Positions 30,716 to 41,857 of a stretch of DNA of 64,000 nucleotides are shown piece after piece; within the stretch, counting starts at the first letter, position 1; each line of letters begins with the position of its first letter. The DNA is from Polyangia bacterium (lineage in GTDB: Bacteria; Myxococcota_A; Polyangia; Palsa-1104), in the NCBI GenBank assembly GCA_039923495.1, contig JBDTCO010000064.1, positions 2 to 64,001 on the forward strand, read 5' to 3'. Both the position numbers and the translations under genes were made by a program. The notes beneath the pieces are model-generated. The model worked only from the letters and a program-made list of their open reading frames with translations, ran no database searches and was not told the DNA's origin.

Positions 30716-32289
30716 TGTCGAGTGTGATGCAGGCGGCCGGCTCCGTGCTCGGCACGCCGAGCGCACGCACTGCGCTGAACCTCACGCGGCACGATCACGA
30801 ACAGATCGAGGTGCAGCACACGCACGACCTGTTGCCCTTGTCGCGCACACGTCCGCTCGACGTCGAGCTGTACTTCTTCATCCCGCGCAACGTCGGCGTG
30901 CGCGCCGATAATTATCCGCGCGACGAGTTCTATGGCGATCTGACGCACTTCATGCGGCTCGATCTGCCGGACCTTTCGCTGGAGGAGCTCGCGCAGGATC
31001 GCTCGGGTCGCTCGCCGCTCGTGGCGCTGCACGAGCAACTCGTGCAGCTCAGCCTCGGCACCGTGCGCGCGCCTCCGCTCGGCGTGGAGGTCAAGCTCTT
31101 CGGCCACATCTTCACGGAGGCCGTCCGCGATCGCACGCAGCTCCTGCTCGACGAGCAGGCCACGCTGCCGCTGCGTCCGCTCGCCGATCGCTGGCGCTAC
31201 CTCGACGAGGTCGAGCGCTTCGCGAAGGAGGCCCGCGTCGCGCTCGGTGCGTTGCGTCGTGCCGAGAGGATGGCCGAGCCGTTCGCGCACGGCGTGAACG
31301 TGCTGACCGTGTTCCGGGCCACCGACGAGTACGCGAGCCTGTTCCTCGATGGCGCGCTCGCGATCCTCGCGCAGGCCGCGCGCGAGGAGTCTCGCTTCTA
31401 CGACGGCTCGGGCTTTGTCGCGCGCACGGCGCAGGCGCTCGCACGCCACGCCGCTGCGGAGAGCGACTACCGACGGCGCGCGGGCTACCTCAACCTCGAC
31501 TTGCGCCCTGGCGGCAGCGAGTACTTCGCGTACCGACAGTCGTTCCTGAAGAAGACGGTCCAGCAGGCGCTCTACGTCGAGAGCGGCAAGACCGAGAGCG
31601 ATCGCTTCGTGCGCAACGCCGCCAGCATGGTCGGCGCCGGGATGGCGGCGGTGTGGAGCCTCGTCGCGCAGCTGCCGAGCGGCATCGGCAACCTCTCGCC
31701 GGCGACGAAGGCGGCGCTCGTGGCCATCCCCATCGCTGCGTACGTCGCGAAGGACCGCATCAAGGAGCTGACGCGCGACTACATCTCACGGCGCGTGCGC
31801 GGCTACGATCAACGCGTCGAGATCCAGCCGGGTGCGCTCGCCGACGCGGGCCTCGGGCGCGTCGCTGGCCACATCGAGGAGATCACGAAGTTCATGTTGC
31901 CGGCCGACGTGCCCGACGAGGTACGCGCCATGCGCGTCGCGCTCCGCACGGTGCGCAACGCGGACACGGCCGGCGAGTCGGTGCTCACGTACCGCCGCAA
32001 GCTCGGCCTCGGCCTCGTCGGTGTCGCGCCAGAAGGCCTCGCGTTCCGGCAGATCCTGCGGCTCAACCTGCGGCACTTCTTCACGCGTCTCGACGAAGCG
32101 GAGCAACGCGAGAGCCACTACGCCGCGACGGAGGGCCGGTTCGTCCACGTCTCGCTGCCGAAGGTCTATCACATCAACCTCATCGCTCGCGTGACGTCGG
32201 GCGGTCGTCGGATCCTGCTCAAGCGCTGGCGCATCGTCCTCAACAAGGAGGGCATCGTGCGCCTGGAGAACGTGCTCTCGGAGGAGTAA
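30715..32289 (+). CDS. Hypothetical 524-aa protein translationally coupled to the HAMP kinase
   Basis: ATG overlaps the kinase stop (TGATG). Long ORF with GC3-rich codon usage. No family recognised. Confidence 0.6.
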   Translation: MSSVMQAAGSVLGTPSARTALNLTRHDHEQIEVQHTHDLLPLSRTRPLDVELYFFIPRNVGVRADNYPRDEFYGDLTHFMRLDLPDLSLEELAQDRSGRSPLVALHEQLVQLSLGTVRAPPLGVEVKLFGHIFTEAVRDRTQLLLDEQATLPLRPLADRWRYLDEVERFAKEARVALGALRRAERMAEPFAHGVNVLTVFRATDEYASLFLDGALAILAQAAREESRFYDGSGFVARTAQALARHAAAESDYRRRAGYLNLDLRPGGSEYFAYRQSFLKKTVQQALYVESGKTESDRFVRNAASMVGAGMAAVWSLVAQLPSGIGNLSPATKAALVAIPIAAYVAKDRIKELTRDYISRRVRGYDQRVEIQPGALADAGLGRVAGHIEEITKFMLPADVPDEVRAMRVALRTVRNADTAGESVLTYRRKLGLGLVGVAPEGLAFRQILRLNLRHFFTRLDEAEQRESHYAATEGRFVHVSLPKVYHINLIARVTSGGRRILLKRWRIVLNKEGIVRLENVLSEE

Positions 32290-32342
32290 CCAGAGCCGCG
32301 CGCGCTGGTAGTGGCCGTGGTCCTCGCGTAACATCTGCCGAC

Positions 32343-34259
32343 GTGGCGGGTTCAGGGGAGAAACCACCGGGTGCGAGCGCGTTCGACGCCACGTACGTGG
32401 CGGAACTCGATCCGGTGGCAATCGCCGACTCCGTCGAGGACGCGTCGTTCGTCGGTGGCATCATCGCGGAGCGTTACCGCGTCATCCGCGTGATCGGTCG
32501 CGGCGGGATGGGCACCGTCTACGAGTGTGAGCACGTCCAGCTACACAAGCGCGTCGCGCTGAAGGTCCTCGCGCACGCGGTCCGCAAGGACCCGGAGACC
32601 GCCTCGCGCTTTCTCACGGAGGCCCGAGCCGCGGCGCAGATCGGGCACCCGAACATCGTCGACATCTTCGATCTCGGCGAGCTCCCCACCGGTGGGACGT
32701 TCATCGCCATGGCGTTGCTCGACGGTCACGATCTCGACCGCGAGCTCAAGATCAGGGGCGCGATGCCGTTTCATCGCGCGCGCTCCATCGTCAGTCAGGT
32801 CTGCCGTGCCCTCGCTGCGGCCCACGCGCTCGGCATCGTGCACCGCGACATGAAGCCCGCGAACGTCTTCCTCGCGCGCGACGCGGACGGGATCGAGCAC
32901 GTGAAGGTGCTCGACTTCGGCATCGCACACGTGCAGGACGCGGACGCGGACGCAGTCGGGCTCACGCAGACGGGCACGATCCTCGGTACGCCGGCGTTCA
33001 TGTCGCCGGAGCAGGGGCGGGGTACCGGCCTCGACCATCGCACCGATATTTATTCGGTGGGCTGCATCCTCTACATGCTCCTCACGAACGAGATGGTGTT
33101 CCAGGGGCCGACGGCGATGGCCGTGATCGCCCGCCACATGGTGGAAGCGCCGGTGCCGCCATCGCAGCGCGTGCCCGAGACGCACATCCCGCCCGAACTC
33201 GACGCCGTCGTGCTGCGCGCGCTCGCGAAGGATCCGGCCGAGCGCTACCAGACGATGAAGGAGCTCTGGGGGGCGCTCGAGGGGTTGAACGCCGAACCGG
33301 AGAGCTGGAGCGAGGCGACGTCGGGACGCTTCGGATCGGTGCGGGATCTGGCGGAGATGGTGCCTCCAGAACAGGAGGCGCCGATCGTCATCGACACCGC
33401 CGCGCTGCCGCCTGTCTCCCGTCGTTCGTTCCCGCTCGCACTCGCAGCCGGCGGGGCGCTCGTCGCGTCCGCGCTCGGGCTCGGCCTCTGGTGGCAAACG
33501 CGTGCGCCGGTGCAGCCGCGCGTTGTGCACGTCCTCGAGCAGGTCGCGCTCGACGTGACCTCCAACCAGCCGGACGCGAAGGCGACGATCCGGGGTGTGA
33601 CGTATCCACTGCCGCTCCACACGCGACTGTCGCGTAGCGGTAACGCGGAGATGGTGGAGGTGTCAGCACCGTGCTGTGCACCGTCGAGATCGTGGACCAC
33701 GCTGGATCGCGACCGTGGCCTCGACGTCGCCCTTTCGCCCGTCGCGCCCGGGGTCGCACCGATCCCGCCGCTGCCGCTGCGTCATGGGACGCCGCATGGA
33801 ACGCGGCTCATCCCGGCAGCAAAAGAACCAACCGCTTCGGTCGTGCAGCCGCCCGTCGTGTCGGCACCGCCCGTGGTCGTAGCGGCGCCCTTCGTCCCGC
33901 AGCCGCTGCCGGTCGTCGCGCCGAAGCCGGTGGTCGCGCCGAAGCCGGTGGTCGCGCCGAAGCCGGTCGTCGCGCCGATGCCGCCGCTCGTCATCGCGTC
34001 GCAGCTGATGCAGCGCCTCGTGCACGCGCACCAGGCTGCCGTCGACTCGTGCATCGCGGAAGACCCGTCCGCGAGCGGCAAGCTCGGGTATCGCATGGTC
34101 ATCGCCGCGGACGGCAAAGTGGTTTCGGCTCAGCTGGTCGAGGCTGCCCGTCGGTATCCGTCCATCGAGTACTGTCTCGCGCACGCGCTGCCGCAGTGGA
34201 GCGTTGCGCCAGCGCCCGGGCGACGGGCCGAGGGCCGCGTCGTCATCGATCTAGACTGA
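32343..34259 (+). CDS. Ser/Thr protein kinase with TM segment, Pro-rich (PKPVVA)n linker and AgmX/PglI-like C-terminal domain
   Basis: Intact Hanks motifs (VALKVL, HRDMKPANV, DFG, SPE). GTG start inferred; an in-frame GTG slightly downstream is also possible. 18-bp x4 tandem repeat at ~33920-33995. Confidence 0.85.
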   Translation: MAGSGEKPPGASAFDATYVAELDPVAIADSVEDASFVGGIIAERYRVIRVIGRGGMGTVYECEHVQLHKRVALKVLAHAVRKDPETASRFLTEARAAAQIGHPNIVDIFDLGELPTGGTFIAMALLDGHDLDRELKIRGAMPFHRARSIVSQVCRALAAAHALGIVHRDMKPANVFLARDADGIEHVKVLDFGIAHVQDADADAVGLTQTGTILGTPAFMSPEQGRGTGLDHRTDIYSVGCILYMLLTNEMVFQGPTAMAVIARHMVEAPVPPSQRVPETHIPPELDAVVLRALAKDPAERYQTMKELWGALEGLNAEPESWSEATSGRFGSVRDLAEMVPPEQEAPIVIDTAALPPVSRRSFPLALAAGGALVASALGLGLWWQTRAPVQPRVVHVLEQVALDVTSNQPDAKATIRGVTYPLPLHTRLSRSGNAEMVEVSAPCCAPSRSWTTLDRDRGLDVALSPVAPGVAPIPPLPLRHGTPHGTRLIPAAKEPTASVVQPPVVSAPPVVVAAPFVPQPLPVVAPKPVVAPKPVVAPKPVVAPMPPLVIASQLMQRLVHAHQAAVDSCIAEDPSASGKLGYRMVIAADGKVVSAQLVEAARRYPSIEYCLAHALPQWSVAPAPGRRAEGRVVIDLD

Positions 34260-34262
34260 CGC

Positions 34263-36275
34263 TCAGCGCGTGGCGTAGCTCAGCCGCAGGTACACCTCGC
34301 GCGAAGCGAGCGGGTACGGCGCGTGGCCCCCGTCGTACGGCTGCGCGACGCGGTAGAGCTGGCCGAGCGCATTTCGCACGCCGGCGGTGAGCTCGAGCCC
34401 GCGGATGCCGAGGTTGCGGTAGGACAGGTTCGCGCCGAGCAGCACCGTGTTCGGCTCCGCAGCGGCGCGTTTCTCCCCGTCGGGTCCCGGCGCGAGCAGC
34501 TCGTAGCGCGGGCTGAGATAGACGACGGTGATGCCGGTGTGCACGTGGTCGCGCCACAGCATCGCGCCGATGGAGAGCGTGAGCTTGTGCGCGGGCGCCG
34601 CGAGCAAGAGGTCGCTGTGGCCGGGCACTGCGTACGTCGCGACATCGTTCTGGTTGGCCGCCGTGTAGAACGAGTAGCCGAGCGTGCCGGTCATCCACGC
34701 GTACCGCGTCTTGAGCTGCGCCTCGATGCCGCCGGTCCCCGTGTTCCCCGCGTTGGAGTAGCGCTCGACGAGCGTCGTGGCATCGCTGCCGAAGACGATC
34801 GCGCGCGTGATGCGGAGAAAGTACCCGTCGAGCGTGAATGCCCAGTGTCCCGAGAGCTGCACGCCGACCTCGGCCTCGGCGGTGTGGGTCCGCTCGGGCC
34901 GCAGCCCAGGGCTGATGCGCAGGTTCTCGAAGGCGGGACCGCGGAACGCGAGGCTGTAGAGGAGCTTGAAGTTGAAGCGGCCGACGACTCGCGTGAAGCC
35001 GACGCGCGGCACGACCGAGTTGCCGTACGCGGTGTTGTACTCGTAGCGGCCACCAACGGTGATGTTCGCCACCTTGTTGCGCCAGAACACCTGCGCATAT
35101 GCGGCCAGGTTGCCGTAGTCGACGCGCGGCGAGCTGCCGAAGAGCTGCTGGAAGCCGCTGAGCGTTGGGTCGTTGAGCTGCGCGTGGTCCCAGTAGCCCT
35201 CGAAGCCGAGGAGGATGTTCACGTCCTTTCGCGCGTCGATGCTGACGCCGATGCCACCGAGGAGACGAAGCGCGCTCTTGTCGTAAAAGGCGGAGCTCGT
35301 CTTGTCGAGCGTCTGCCACGGCGTCTGGTGCTTGAACGAGAAGCGCGGCAGCAGCGTGACCTTGTGGCCGACGTTCTTCTCGTAGCGGACATCTGCGTAG
35401 TAGCTGCGGAATCGCTGGTTCACCGGCGTGGGCAGCACGAGCCCGGCGCCATCCTGCGTCTGCATCACGTTGTCCTCGAACAGGAAGCGGGCGCTGAGGC
35501 CGCGATACGTGAGCGCGGTGTTGAGCAGGAACGTCTGCCTCTCCGACCCGCTACGGAGCGAGTACGAGGCGCCCTGGTCATCGTAATACGTGCGGTCGCT
35601 CTGGAGCCCCTTCAGGAACGCGACGTCCATCTTCACCGCCAGGCCGGGCACCTTCTTCAGCTCGGCGCCACCCGAGGCCGTGGCCATGAAGCGACCCCAG
35701 CCGTTCTCCATCTGACCGTAGTAGGTCGAAGCCGCGATGCCGTTGAGCTCCGCGGGTGCGCGCGTCGTGATCTTCACGACGGCCAGCTCGGCGTAGCCGC
35801 CGTAGATCGCCGAGCCCGGTCCGCGGATGACCTCGATGCGCTGGATGATCGACGCGGGCACGCGCATCCCGAGCGAGGTGGTCGAGTAGAGCGTCTCGTT
35901 GAGCTCGTGGCCATCGAGCAGGAAGAGCACCTTGCCTTCGTGTGCCCACTCGCCGCGAAAACTCACGCCGACGACGCCGCTGACGTCCACGCCCACCGAG
36001 AAGCCGGGCACGAGCTGCAGGAGGTCGAGCAGATCGCGCGCACCGGACGACACGATCTCCTCACGATCGAGCACCGAGACGATGCCGGGCGCGTCGCGCA
36101 TCGTGAGCGGCGTGTGTGAGGTGACACGCACCTCCTCGTTGGCCGGCTCGGGGAGCGGTTCGACGACGCCGACGACCTCTTCCGGCGGTACGATGGGCTG
36201 GAGGTCACCCGCGGGCTGCGCGAATGCAGACGCGCCACAGAACAGCGCGATGACGACGACCGGGAACCGGGTCAC
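34263..36275 (-). CDS. TonB-dependent outer-membrane receptor
   Basis: Signal peptide. Plug domain (DAPGIVSVLDREEI...RIEVIRGPGSAIYG). Long beta-barrel region. Confidence 0.85.
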   Translation of the reverse strand: MTRFPVVVIALFCGASAFAQPAGDLQPIVPPEEVVGVVEPLPEPANEEVRVTSHTPLTMRDAPGIVSVLDREEIVSSGARDLLDLLQLVPGFSVGVDVSGVVGVSFRGEWAHEGKVLFLLDGHELNETLYSTTSLGMRVPASIIQRIEVIRGPGSAIYGGYAELAVVKITTRAPAELNGIAASTYYGQMENGWGRFMATASGGAELKKVPGLAVKMDVAFLKGLQSDRTYYDDQGASYSLRSGSERQTFLLNTALTYRGLSARFLFEDNVMQTQDGAGLVLPTPVNQRFRSYYADVRYEKNVGHKVTLLPRFSFKHQTPWQTLDKTSSAFYDKSALRLLGGIGVSIDARKDVNILLGFEGYWDHAQLNDPTLSGFQQLFGSSPRVDYGNLAAYAQVFWRNKVANITVGGRYEYNTAYGNSVVPRVGFTRVVGRFNFKLLYSLAFRGPAFENLRISPGLRPERTHTAEAEVGVQLSGHWAFTLDGYFLRITRAIVFGSDATTLVERYSNAGNTGTGGIEAQLKTRYAWMTGTLGYSFYTAANQNDVATYAVPGHSDLLLAAPAHKLTLSIGAMLWRDHVHTGITVVYLSPRYELLAPGPDGEKRAAAEPNTVLLGANLSYRNLGIRGLELTAGVRNALGQLYRVAQPYDGGHAPYPLASREVYLRLSYATR

Positions 36276-39114
36276 CGCGAGAACAGCCTCTTCGAGAGCT
36301 TGCGGAGCTCGGCGTAGATGAACGGGAGGATCGACATGGCGAACACGAGGGCGACGTCACCGCCCGTCAGCGCCGAGGTCTTGAAGAGCGGGCGCAGCCC
36401 CGGTGTATAGATGGTCACGGCCTCGAGGACGACGCCGATGAGCGCCGCACCGATGAGCGCGCGGTTCGTGAAGAGGCCCTGCTCCACGAGCAGCGCGCGC
36501 TCCGAGCGACACGCGAACGAGTAGAAGAGGGGACCGACCGCGAGGATGGCGAACACCATGGCGCGAGCGTGCGCGAGCTCCTCCGCGGACGCAGCGTGGT
36601 GTGGGTCCTTCATCGAGCGCAGGAACACATAGATGGCGGTGGCGGCCATCACCGCACCCACGCCGATCATCTCGAGGTAGTCGTGCAGGCCAAGGATGGC
36701 GCCGCCCGGCTTGCGTGGCGGCTGCTGCATCTGGTTCTTCTCGCGAGGGTCGACGCCGAGCGCGAGGGCCGGTAGGCCGTTGGTGATGAGGTTGATCCAC
36801 AGGATCTGGATCGGTGCGAGCGGCGACTCCCAGCCGAGCAGCGCCGAGGCCAGCACGAAGAGCACCGCGCCGGTGTTCGACGACAGGAGAAAGATGATGA
36901 ACTTGCGGATGTTCGCGTAGATGGTGCGACCTTCTTCGACGGCCGCGATGATGGTCGCGTAGTTGTCATCCGACAGGACGAGCGCGGCGGCCTCCTTCGT
37001 GACATCGGTGCCCGTCTTGCCCATCGCGATCCCGATGGACGCGGCCTTCACGGCCGGTGCGTCGTTCACGCCGTCGCCGGTCATCGCGCACAGGATTCCG
37101 CGCGCCCGGAGCGCCATCACGATGCGCAGCTTGTGCTCGGCGGTGGCGCGCGCCACGACGCGCACGCGGTCGACCTGCTCCTCGACGCGCTGCTGGTCCA
37201 TGGCGTCGAGATCGTGGCCCGTGAGGATGAGGTCGCCTTCTTCCCACAGGCCGATCTCGATGGCGATCGCGCGCGCGGTGGCGGGATGATCACCCGTGAT
37301 CATCATCGTGCGGATGCCGGCCGCGCGCGCCTCGGCGATTGCGGGGATGACCTCGGGTCGCGGCGGATCGACGATGGCCACGAGGCCGACGAGGGTGAGG
37401 TGCTCCTCCCAGCTCGCGTTCGGCGTGCACGGGCCGATGGGCATGTCGAAGCCGTCGCGACGGGCGAGCGCGATGACGCGCATCGTCGCATCGGCCCACG
37501 TGCGAGCCTGTGCGAGCAGCGCTTCCTTGTGCGACTCGTCGAGGTCGACACGCTGGCCGTCGTGGAACGTGTGCGTCGTCCGTTCGAGGACGGCCTCGAG
37601 CGCGCCACGCACGTACGATCGCACGCTCGTGGCCTGCACCTGCACGAGGACCGAGGCCATGCGACGTTGCGATGTGAACGGCTGCTCACCGAGCACGTGA
37701 CCGTTCGCGTTGATTCCGGTGCGACGCGCGAAGATCAGCATCGCGGCGTCCGTCGCATCGCCCTGGACCTCGAAGGTGCCGTCGGCGCCATCGGACAGAT
37801 GCGCACCGCGCGCGAAGGCCGCGGCCTCGGCCAGGCGCCGCAGATCGTGGTCGCTGTCGTTCGCACAGCCGGGCTCGACGACGCGACCATCGGCCGTGGC
37901 GACCGATCCTTCGAGCTTGCGGGCCGCGCCGGTGACGATGTAGCGGATGCTGCCCGCCCACGTCTCGCGCACGGTCATCGCGTTCTGCGTGAGCGTGCCC
38001 GTCTTGTCGGTGCAGATGACCTGCACGGAGCCGAGGGTCTCGACGGCAGGTAGCCGCCGAACCAGCGCATTGCGCTTCGCCATGCGCTGCGTCCCCAGCG
38101 CGAGCACGATGGTGGTGACGGCGGGTAGACCCTCGGGGATCGCAGCGACGGCGAGCGCGACAGCAACGAGGAAGAGCTCGCGCGCCGTCTGGTGCGAGAG
38201 CGCCATGCCCGCGACGAAGACGAGCGCGGAGATGACGATGCAGCCGATGACGACGCGCTTGCCGAACGCGTCGAGCGCCTTCTCGAGCGGCGTCTTCTCC
38301 GGCTTGACGCGCGCGAGCATACCGGCGATGGCGCCGAGCTCGGTGTGCACACCGGTGTTGGCGACGATGCCGCGACCGCGACCGCGCGCGACCTTGGTGC
38401 CGAGGAAGAGCATCGTGCGACGCTCGGCCAGCGCAGTGCCGCGCTCGAGCTGCACCTCGGCTTCCTTGGAGACGGGGACGCTTTCGCCGGTGAGCGCGGC
38501 TTCTTCTACCTCGAGATCGTGACCGGAGATCAGGCGGACGTCGGCGCCGATGCGATCGCCGTCCTCGATGAGCACGATGTCGCCAGGCACGAGCTCGACG
38601 GCAGCGAGCTCGACGGGCTTGCCGTCGCGTAGCACGCGTGCCAGCGGAGCGACCATCTGGCGGAGCGCATCCATCGCCTTCTCGGCGCGCCTCTCCTGCA
38701 CGATCCCGAGCACGGCGTTGATCACGACGATGGCCAGGATCGCGATGGAGTCGCCGAACCGCTCGACGAACGTGGAGCCCGGTAGCGGTACGAACAGGCC
38801 GAGCCCACCGGCGATGGCCGCAGCCCCGAGCAGCGCGAGCACGGTGAAGTCGCTGACCTGCGCGACGAGCTTCTTCCACCACGGCTCGGGCGGCTCCTCG
38901 GGCAGCGAGTTCGGCCCGACGCGCTCGAGGCGCTCCTTGGCGGCTGCCGCCGTGAGGCCCAGCTTCAGATCCGACTGCCAGTAGTCGGCGACGGCCTGGG
39001 CGGGGACGTGGTGCCACGCGAGCCGAGGCGCGTTGCCATCGGGTGCGCTGGGCAGGCCACTTCGCGCTGCGGTCGGTGAGTCCGTTGGCTCGACGGTACC
39101 GGCGGCAGACATGG
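36272..39114 (-). CDS. Cation-transporting P-type ATPase (Ca2+/SERCA-PMCA-like, type II)
   Basis: [10 protein letters not shown] phosphorylation site. TGDHPATA and [15 protein letters not shown] motifs. 10 TM helices. GAAGGA RBS before the ATG at 39114. 4-nt overlap with the TBDR gene. Confidence 0.9.
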
Positions 39115-39186
39115 GATGTCCTTCTAACACGAACGTCGTCGTCGTTCTGCCTCCCTGGCAACGTCGCGTTTGGGCATAGTGCGGCC

Positions 39187-40050
39187 GTGATCTACGCGCA
39201 GGCGCGCAAGTTCGTGAAGCTGCTGGTCCAGGCAACCCTGCGCCACAACGTCGTCGATCTCGGGGCACAGCTCGCGTACTGGTCGCTGCTCGCGCTGTTC
39301 CCGTTCGTCATCTTCCTGCTCACGGTCATCGGCTACCTGCCGGTGCTGGGGCTCGACGAGCAGCTGATGACGTGGGTCGCGCCGTTCATGCCGCCGTCTG
39401 CGCTGACGCTCGTCTGGCAGACCGTGCACGAAATCGTGGGTCAGCAGCGCGGCGGTCTGCTCGCGATCTCGCTCATCGGTGCACTCTGGTCGGCGGCCGG
39501 CGGCGCGAGCGCGATGCAGGTCGCGCTCAACCGCGCCTACAACGTCCACGAGACGCGCCCGTACTGGCGGCGCAAGAGCGAGGCGATGGTGTTCACGCTC
39601 GGTGCCACCGTCCTGCTCGGAGTAGCAGTCGTTGGCGCCACCGTCGGGCCGGAGCTCGTGAGGCTGGTGCTCGACGTGTTCGGTGTGGCGTCGAGCTACG
39701 GCGGCTTCGAGCACGTCTGGGCCTGGGTCCGCTACCCACTTTCGCTGGGTGCGCTCGTCGGCTTGTTGCTGGCGACGTACACGTTCCTCCCTTCCGTCCG
39801 TCATGGCTGGGACCTCGGCTCATACGGCTCTGTCGCGGCCGTGCTGTCGTGGCTCCTCACCACGTGGCTGTTCCGCGAGTTCGTCGGGCTCTTCAACTCC
39901 TACGCCCGCAGCTACGGCGCGCTCGCGGCGGTCGTCATCCTCATGACGTGGATCTATCTCTCGGGGATCGCCTTCATCATGGGTGCCGAGGTCAACGCGG
40001 TGCTTGCGCGGATGCGCAACGAGAACCACGAGGGTGAGCCGTCGACGTGA
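39187..40050 (+). CDS. YihY/BrkB-family membrane protein
   Basis: 6 TM helices. LAYWSLLALFP and AAGGASAMQVALNRAY motifs. GTG start inferred. Confidence 0.7.
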   Translation: MIYAQARKFVKLLVQATLRHNVVDLGAQLAYWSLLALFPFVIFLLTVIGYLPVLGLDEQLMTWVAPFMPPSALTLVWQTVHEIVGQQRGGLLAISLIGALWSAAGGASAMQVALNRAYNVHETRPYWRRKSEAMVFTLGATVLLGVAVVGATVGPELVRLVLDVFGVASSYGGFEHVWAWVRYPLSLGALVGLLLATYTFLPSVRHGWDLGSYGSVAAVLSWLLTTWLFREFVGLFNSYARSYGALAAVVILMTWIYLSGIAFIMGAEVNAVLARMRNENHEGEPST

Positions 40051-40092
40051 CGGACCGTCTCGACGGTTGACCGATCGCAGCGTTGTGGCTAC

Positions 40093-40917
40093 ATGACGGA
40101 GATGGGCACCGCCCCCACGAAGATCGTCGTTCGCGTGATCCTGATCACCGCGTGCGCGCTCGTCTGCGTCGGCTGGCTCGGGACGATCGCAGCGATGGGG
40201 CAGGGTGGTCCTCGCACGAGCGCCGCAGTGGCGCTCGTGCTCCTGCTTTCGGCCGGCGCGTACCTCGCGTGGGTCTACCTGCCCGACGTCGATCTGCCCG
40301 GTCGCTCGCCCCGCCGTGGGCTGCCGTCCTCGGGCGCGCCGCGCGTCGCGCTCACCTTCGACGATGGTCCCAACGGCGCCGATACCGCGGCCATCCTCGA
40401 CGCGCTCCGCGAGCACGGCGCTCGTGCCACGTTCTTCGTCGTCGGTGAAGCCGTGCGCCAGTACCCCGAGCTCGTGCGCCGCATGGCCGACGAGGGTCAT
40501 GTCGTCGGGAGCCACACCGATGCGCACCGCAAGCTCGCGTGGCTATCGGCAGCCGACGTCGCGCGGGAGCTCGACGGCGCGCGCGAGGCCATCGTGTCCG
40601 CAGGCGCACCCGAGCCGCGCTGGTTTCGTGCGCCGCACGGCTTCAAGTCGCCGTTCCTGCCGTCGGCGCTCGCGCAGCGCGACCTGCGCCTCGTCGCCTG
40701 GAGCCACGGCGTGTGGGACACCGATCGTCCCGGCGTCGAGGTCATCGCCCAGCGCGCGATCGGCTGCCTGGACGACGGTGAGATCCTCCTCCTGCACGAT
40801 GGCACCCTCGGCGCCGATCGCACCCAGACCGCAGCAGCGCTTCGTCGCATCCTGACCGTTGCTCGTGACCGTGGCGTGTCGCTCGTCACCGTTCCCGAGA
40901 TCATGAATGCCGGCTGA
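40093..40917 (+). CDS. Polysaccharide deacetylase (CE4/NodB homology), membrane-anchored
   Basis: N-terminal TM anchor. VALTFDDGP, HTDAH and LLLHD CE4 motifs. Confidence 0.85.
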   Translation: MTEMGTAPTKIVVRVILITACALVCVGWLGTIAAMGQGGPRTSAAVALVLLLSAGAYLAWVYLPDVDLPGRSPRRGLPSSGAPRVALTFDDGPNGADTAAILDALREHGARATFFVVGEAVRQYPELVRRMADEGHVVGSHTDAHRKLAWLSAADVARELDGAREAIVSAGAPEPRWFRAPHGFKSPFLPSALAQRDLRLVAWSHGVWDTDRPGVEVIAQRAIGCLDDGEILLLHDGTLGADRTQTAAALRRILTVARDRGVSLVTVPEIMNAG

Positions 40918-41857
40918 GCGTCGGTCGAGGCTGCGCCTCGCGCTGCAGGTGCTGTCGGCCGCGGTGCTCATCGGCCTCGCCGCGCTGCTCTTCGAGAACG
41001 TGCAGTGGCGCGAGTTCGGCGCCGCCCTCGCTCGCGCGTCGTGGCCGCTCGTCCTCGCCGCGGCGGCGCTCAACTTCGTCAACCTCGCGTGCAAGACGGC
41101 GCGGTGGCGCGTGTTGCTCGGTGGGCGCGTCGCGTACTGGCGGCTCTACCACTACCTCGTGACGTCGTACGCGGCCTCAGCGGTCCTGCCCGCGCGTGCC
41201 GGCGAGGCGCTGCGGGTGGTGCTCCTGCGTCGTCGCGACGGCCTCCCGCTCTCCGATGCGGTCGGCCCGCTCGTCGTCGAGAAGCTCTTCGAGGTGCTCG
41301 GGCTGCTCGTGATCGTGCTGCCCCTGCCGTTCGTCATGCCGCTGCCGCACTGGGCGCGCCTGTCCATCGAGGTCATCGCTGTCGGTGGATTGTCGTCGCT
41401 CGTCGTCGCGGTCGTGCTCGCGCGCGTGCTGGGGCGGGCCGAGAGCTCGAGGTGGCACGCGCTCGCGAGCGGGCTCTCGTCGATGCGCTCGCCGATGCCA
41501 ATCGCGCTCGCGGCGCTGTACAGCGTGCTCGCGTACGCGGTCGACGCTGCGATGGTGTGGCTCGTGCTGCGCGCGCTGTCGATCCACGTGCCGTGGGCCA
41601 CGCCTGCGCTCGTGCTCCTGGGCGGCAACCTCGCCATCGCGGTGCCGTCGACGCCCGGGCAGCTTGGTGCGCTCGAGGCCGGCATCATCGCCGGCCTGTC
41701 CGTCGTCGGCGTTCCGCTCTCGGACGCGCTCGCGTTCGGGCTCGTCTATCACCTCATGCAGCTCCTCCCGGTCGTGCTCGTGGGCGCGACCGGGCTCCGC
41801 CTCGTCGCCGACGTCAAGGACGAGCTTGCAACACCCGCAGAGGCCTCTTCCCGATGA
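40907..41857 (+). CDS. UPF0104/flippase-like membrane protein (lysyl-PG-synthase TM-domain family, TIGR00374-like)
   Basis: 8 TM helices. Overlaps the CE4 gene by 11 nt. Confidence 0.7.
   Translation: MPAERRSRLRLALQVLSAAVLIGLAALLFENVQWREFGAALARASWPLVLAAAALNFVNLACKTARWRVLLGGRVAYWRLYHYLVTSYAASAVLPARAGEALRVVLLRRRDGLPLSDAVGPLVVEKLFEVLGLLVIVLPLPFVMPLPHWARLSIEVIAVGGLSSLVVAVVLARVLGRAESSRWHALASGLSSMRSPMPIALAALYSVLAYAVDAAMVWLVLRALSIHVPWATPALVLLGGNLAIAVPSTPGQLGALEAGIIAGLSVVGVPLSDALAFGLVYHLMQLLPVVLVGATGLRLVADVKDELATPAEASSR

Noticed and set aside
34323-36119. 598-aa + strand ORF
   Set aside because: Antisense to the TonB-dependent receptor. Acidic/Arg-rich noise.
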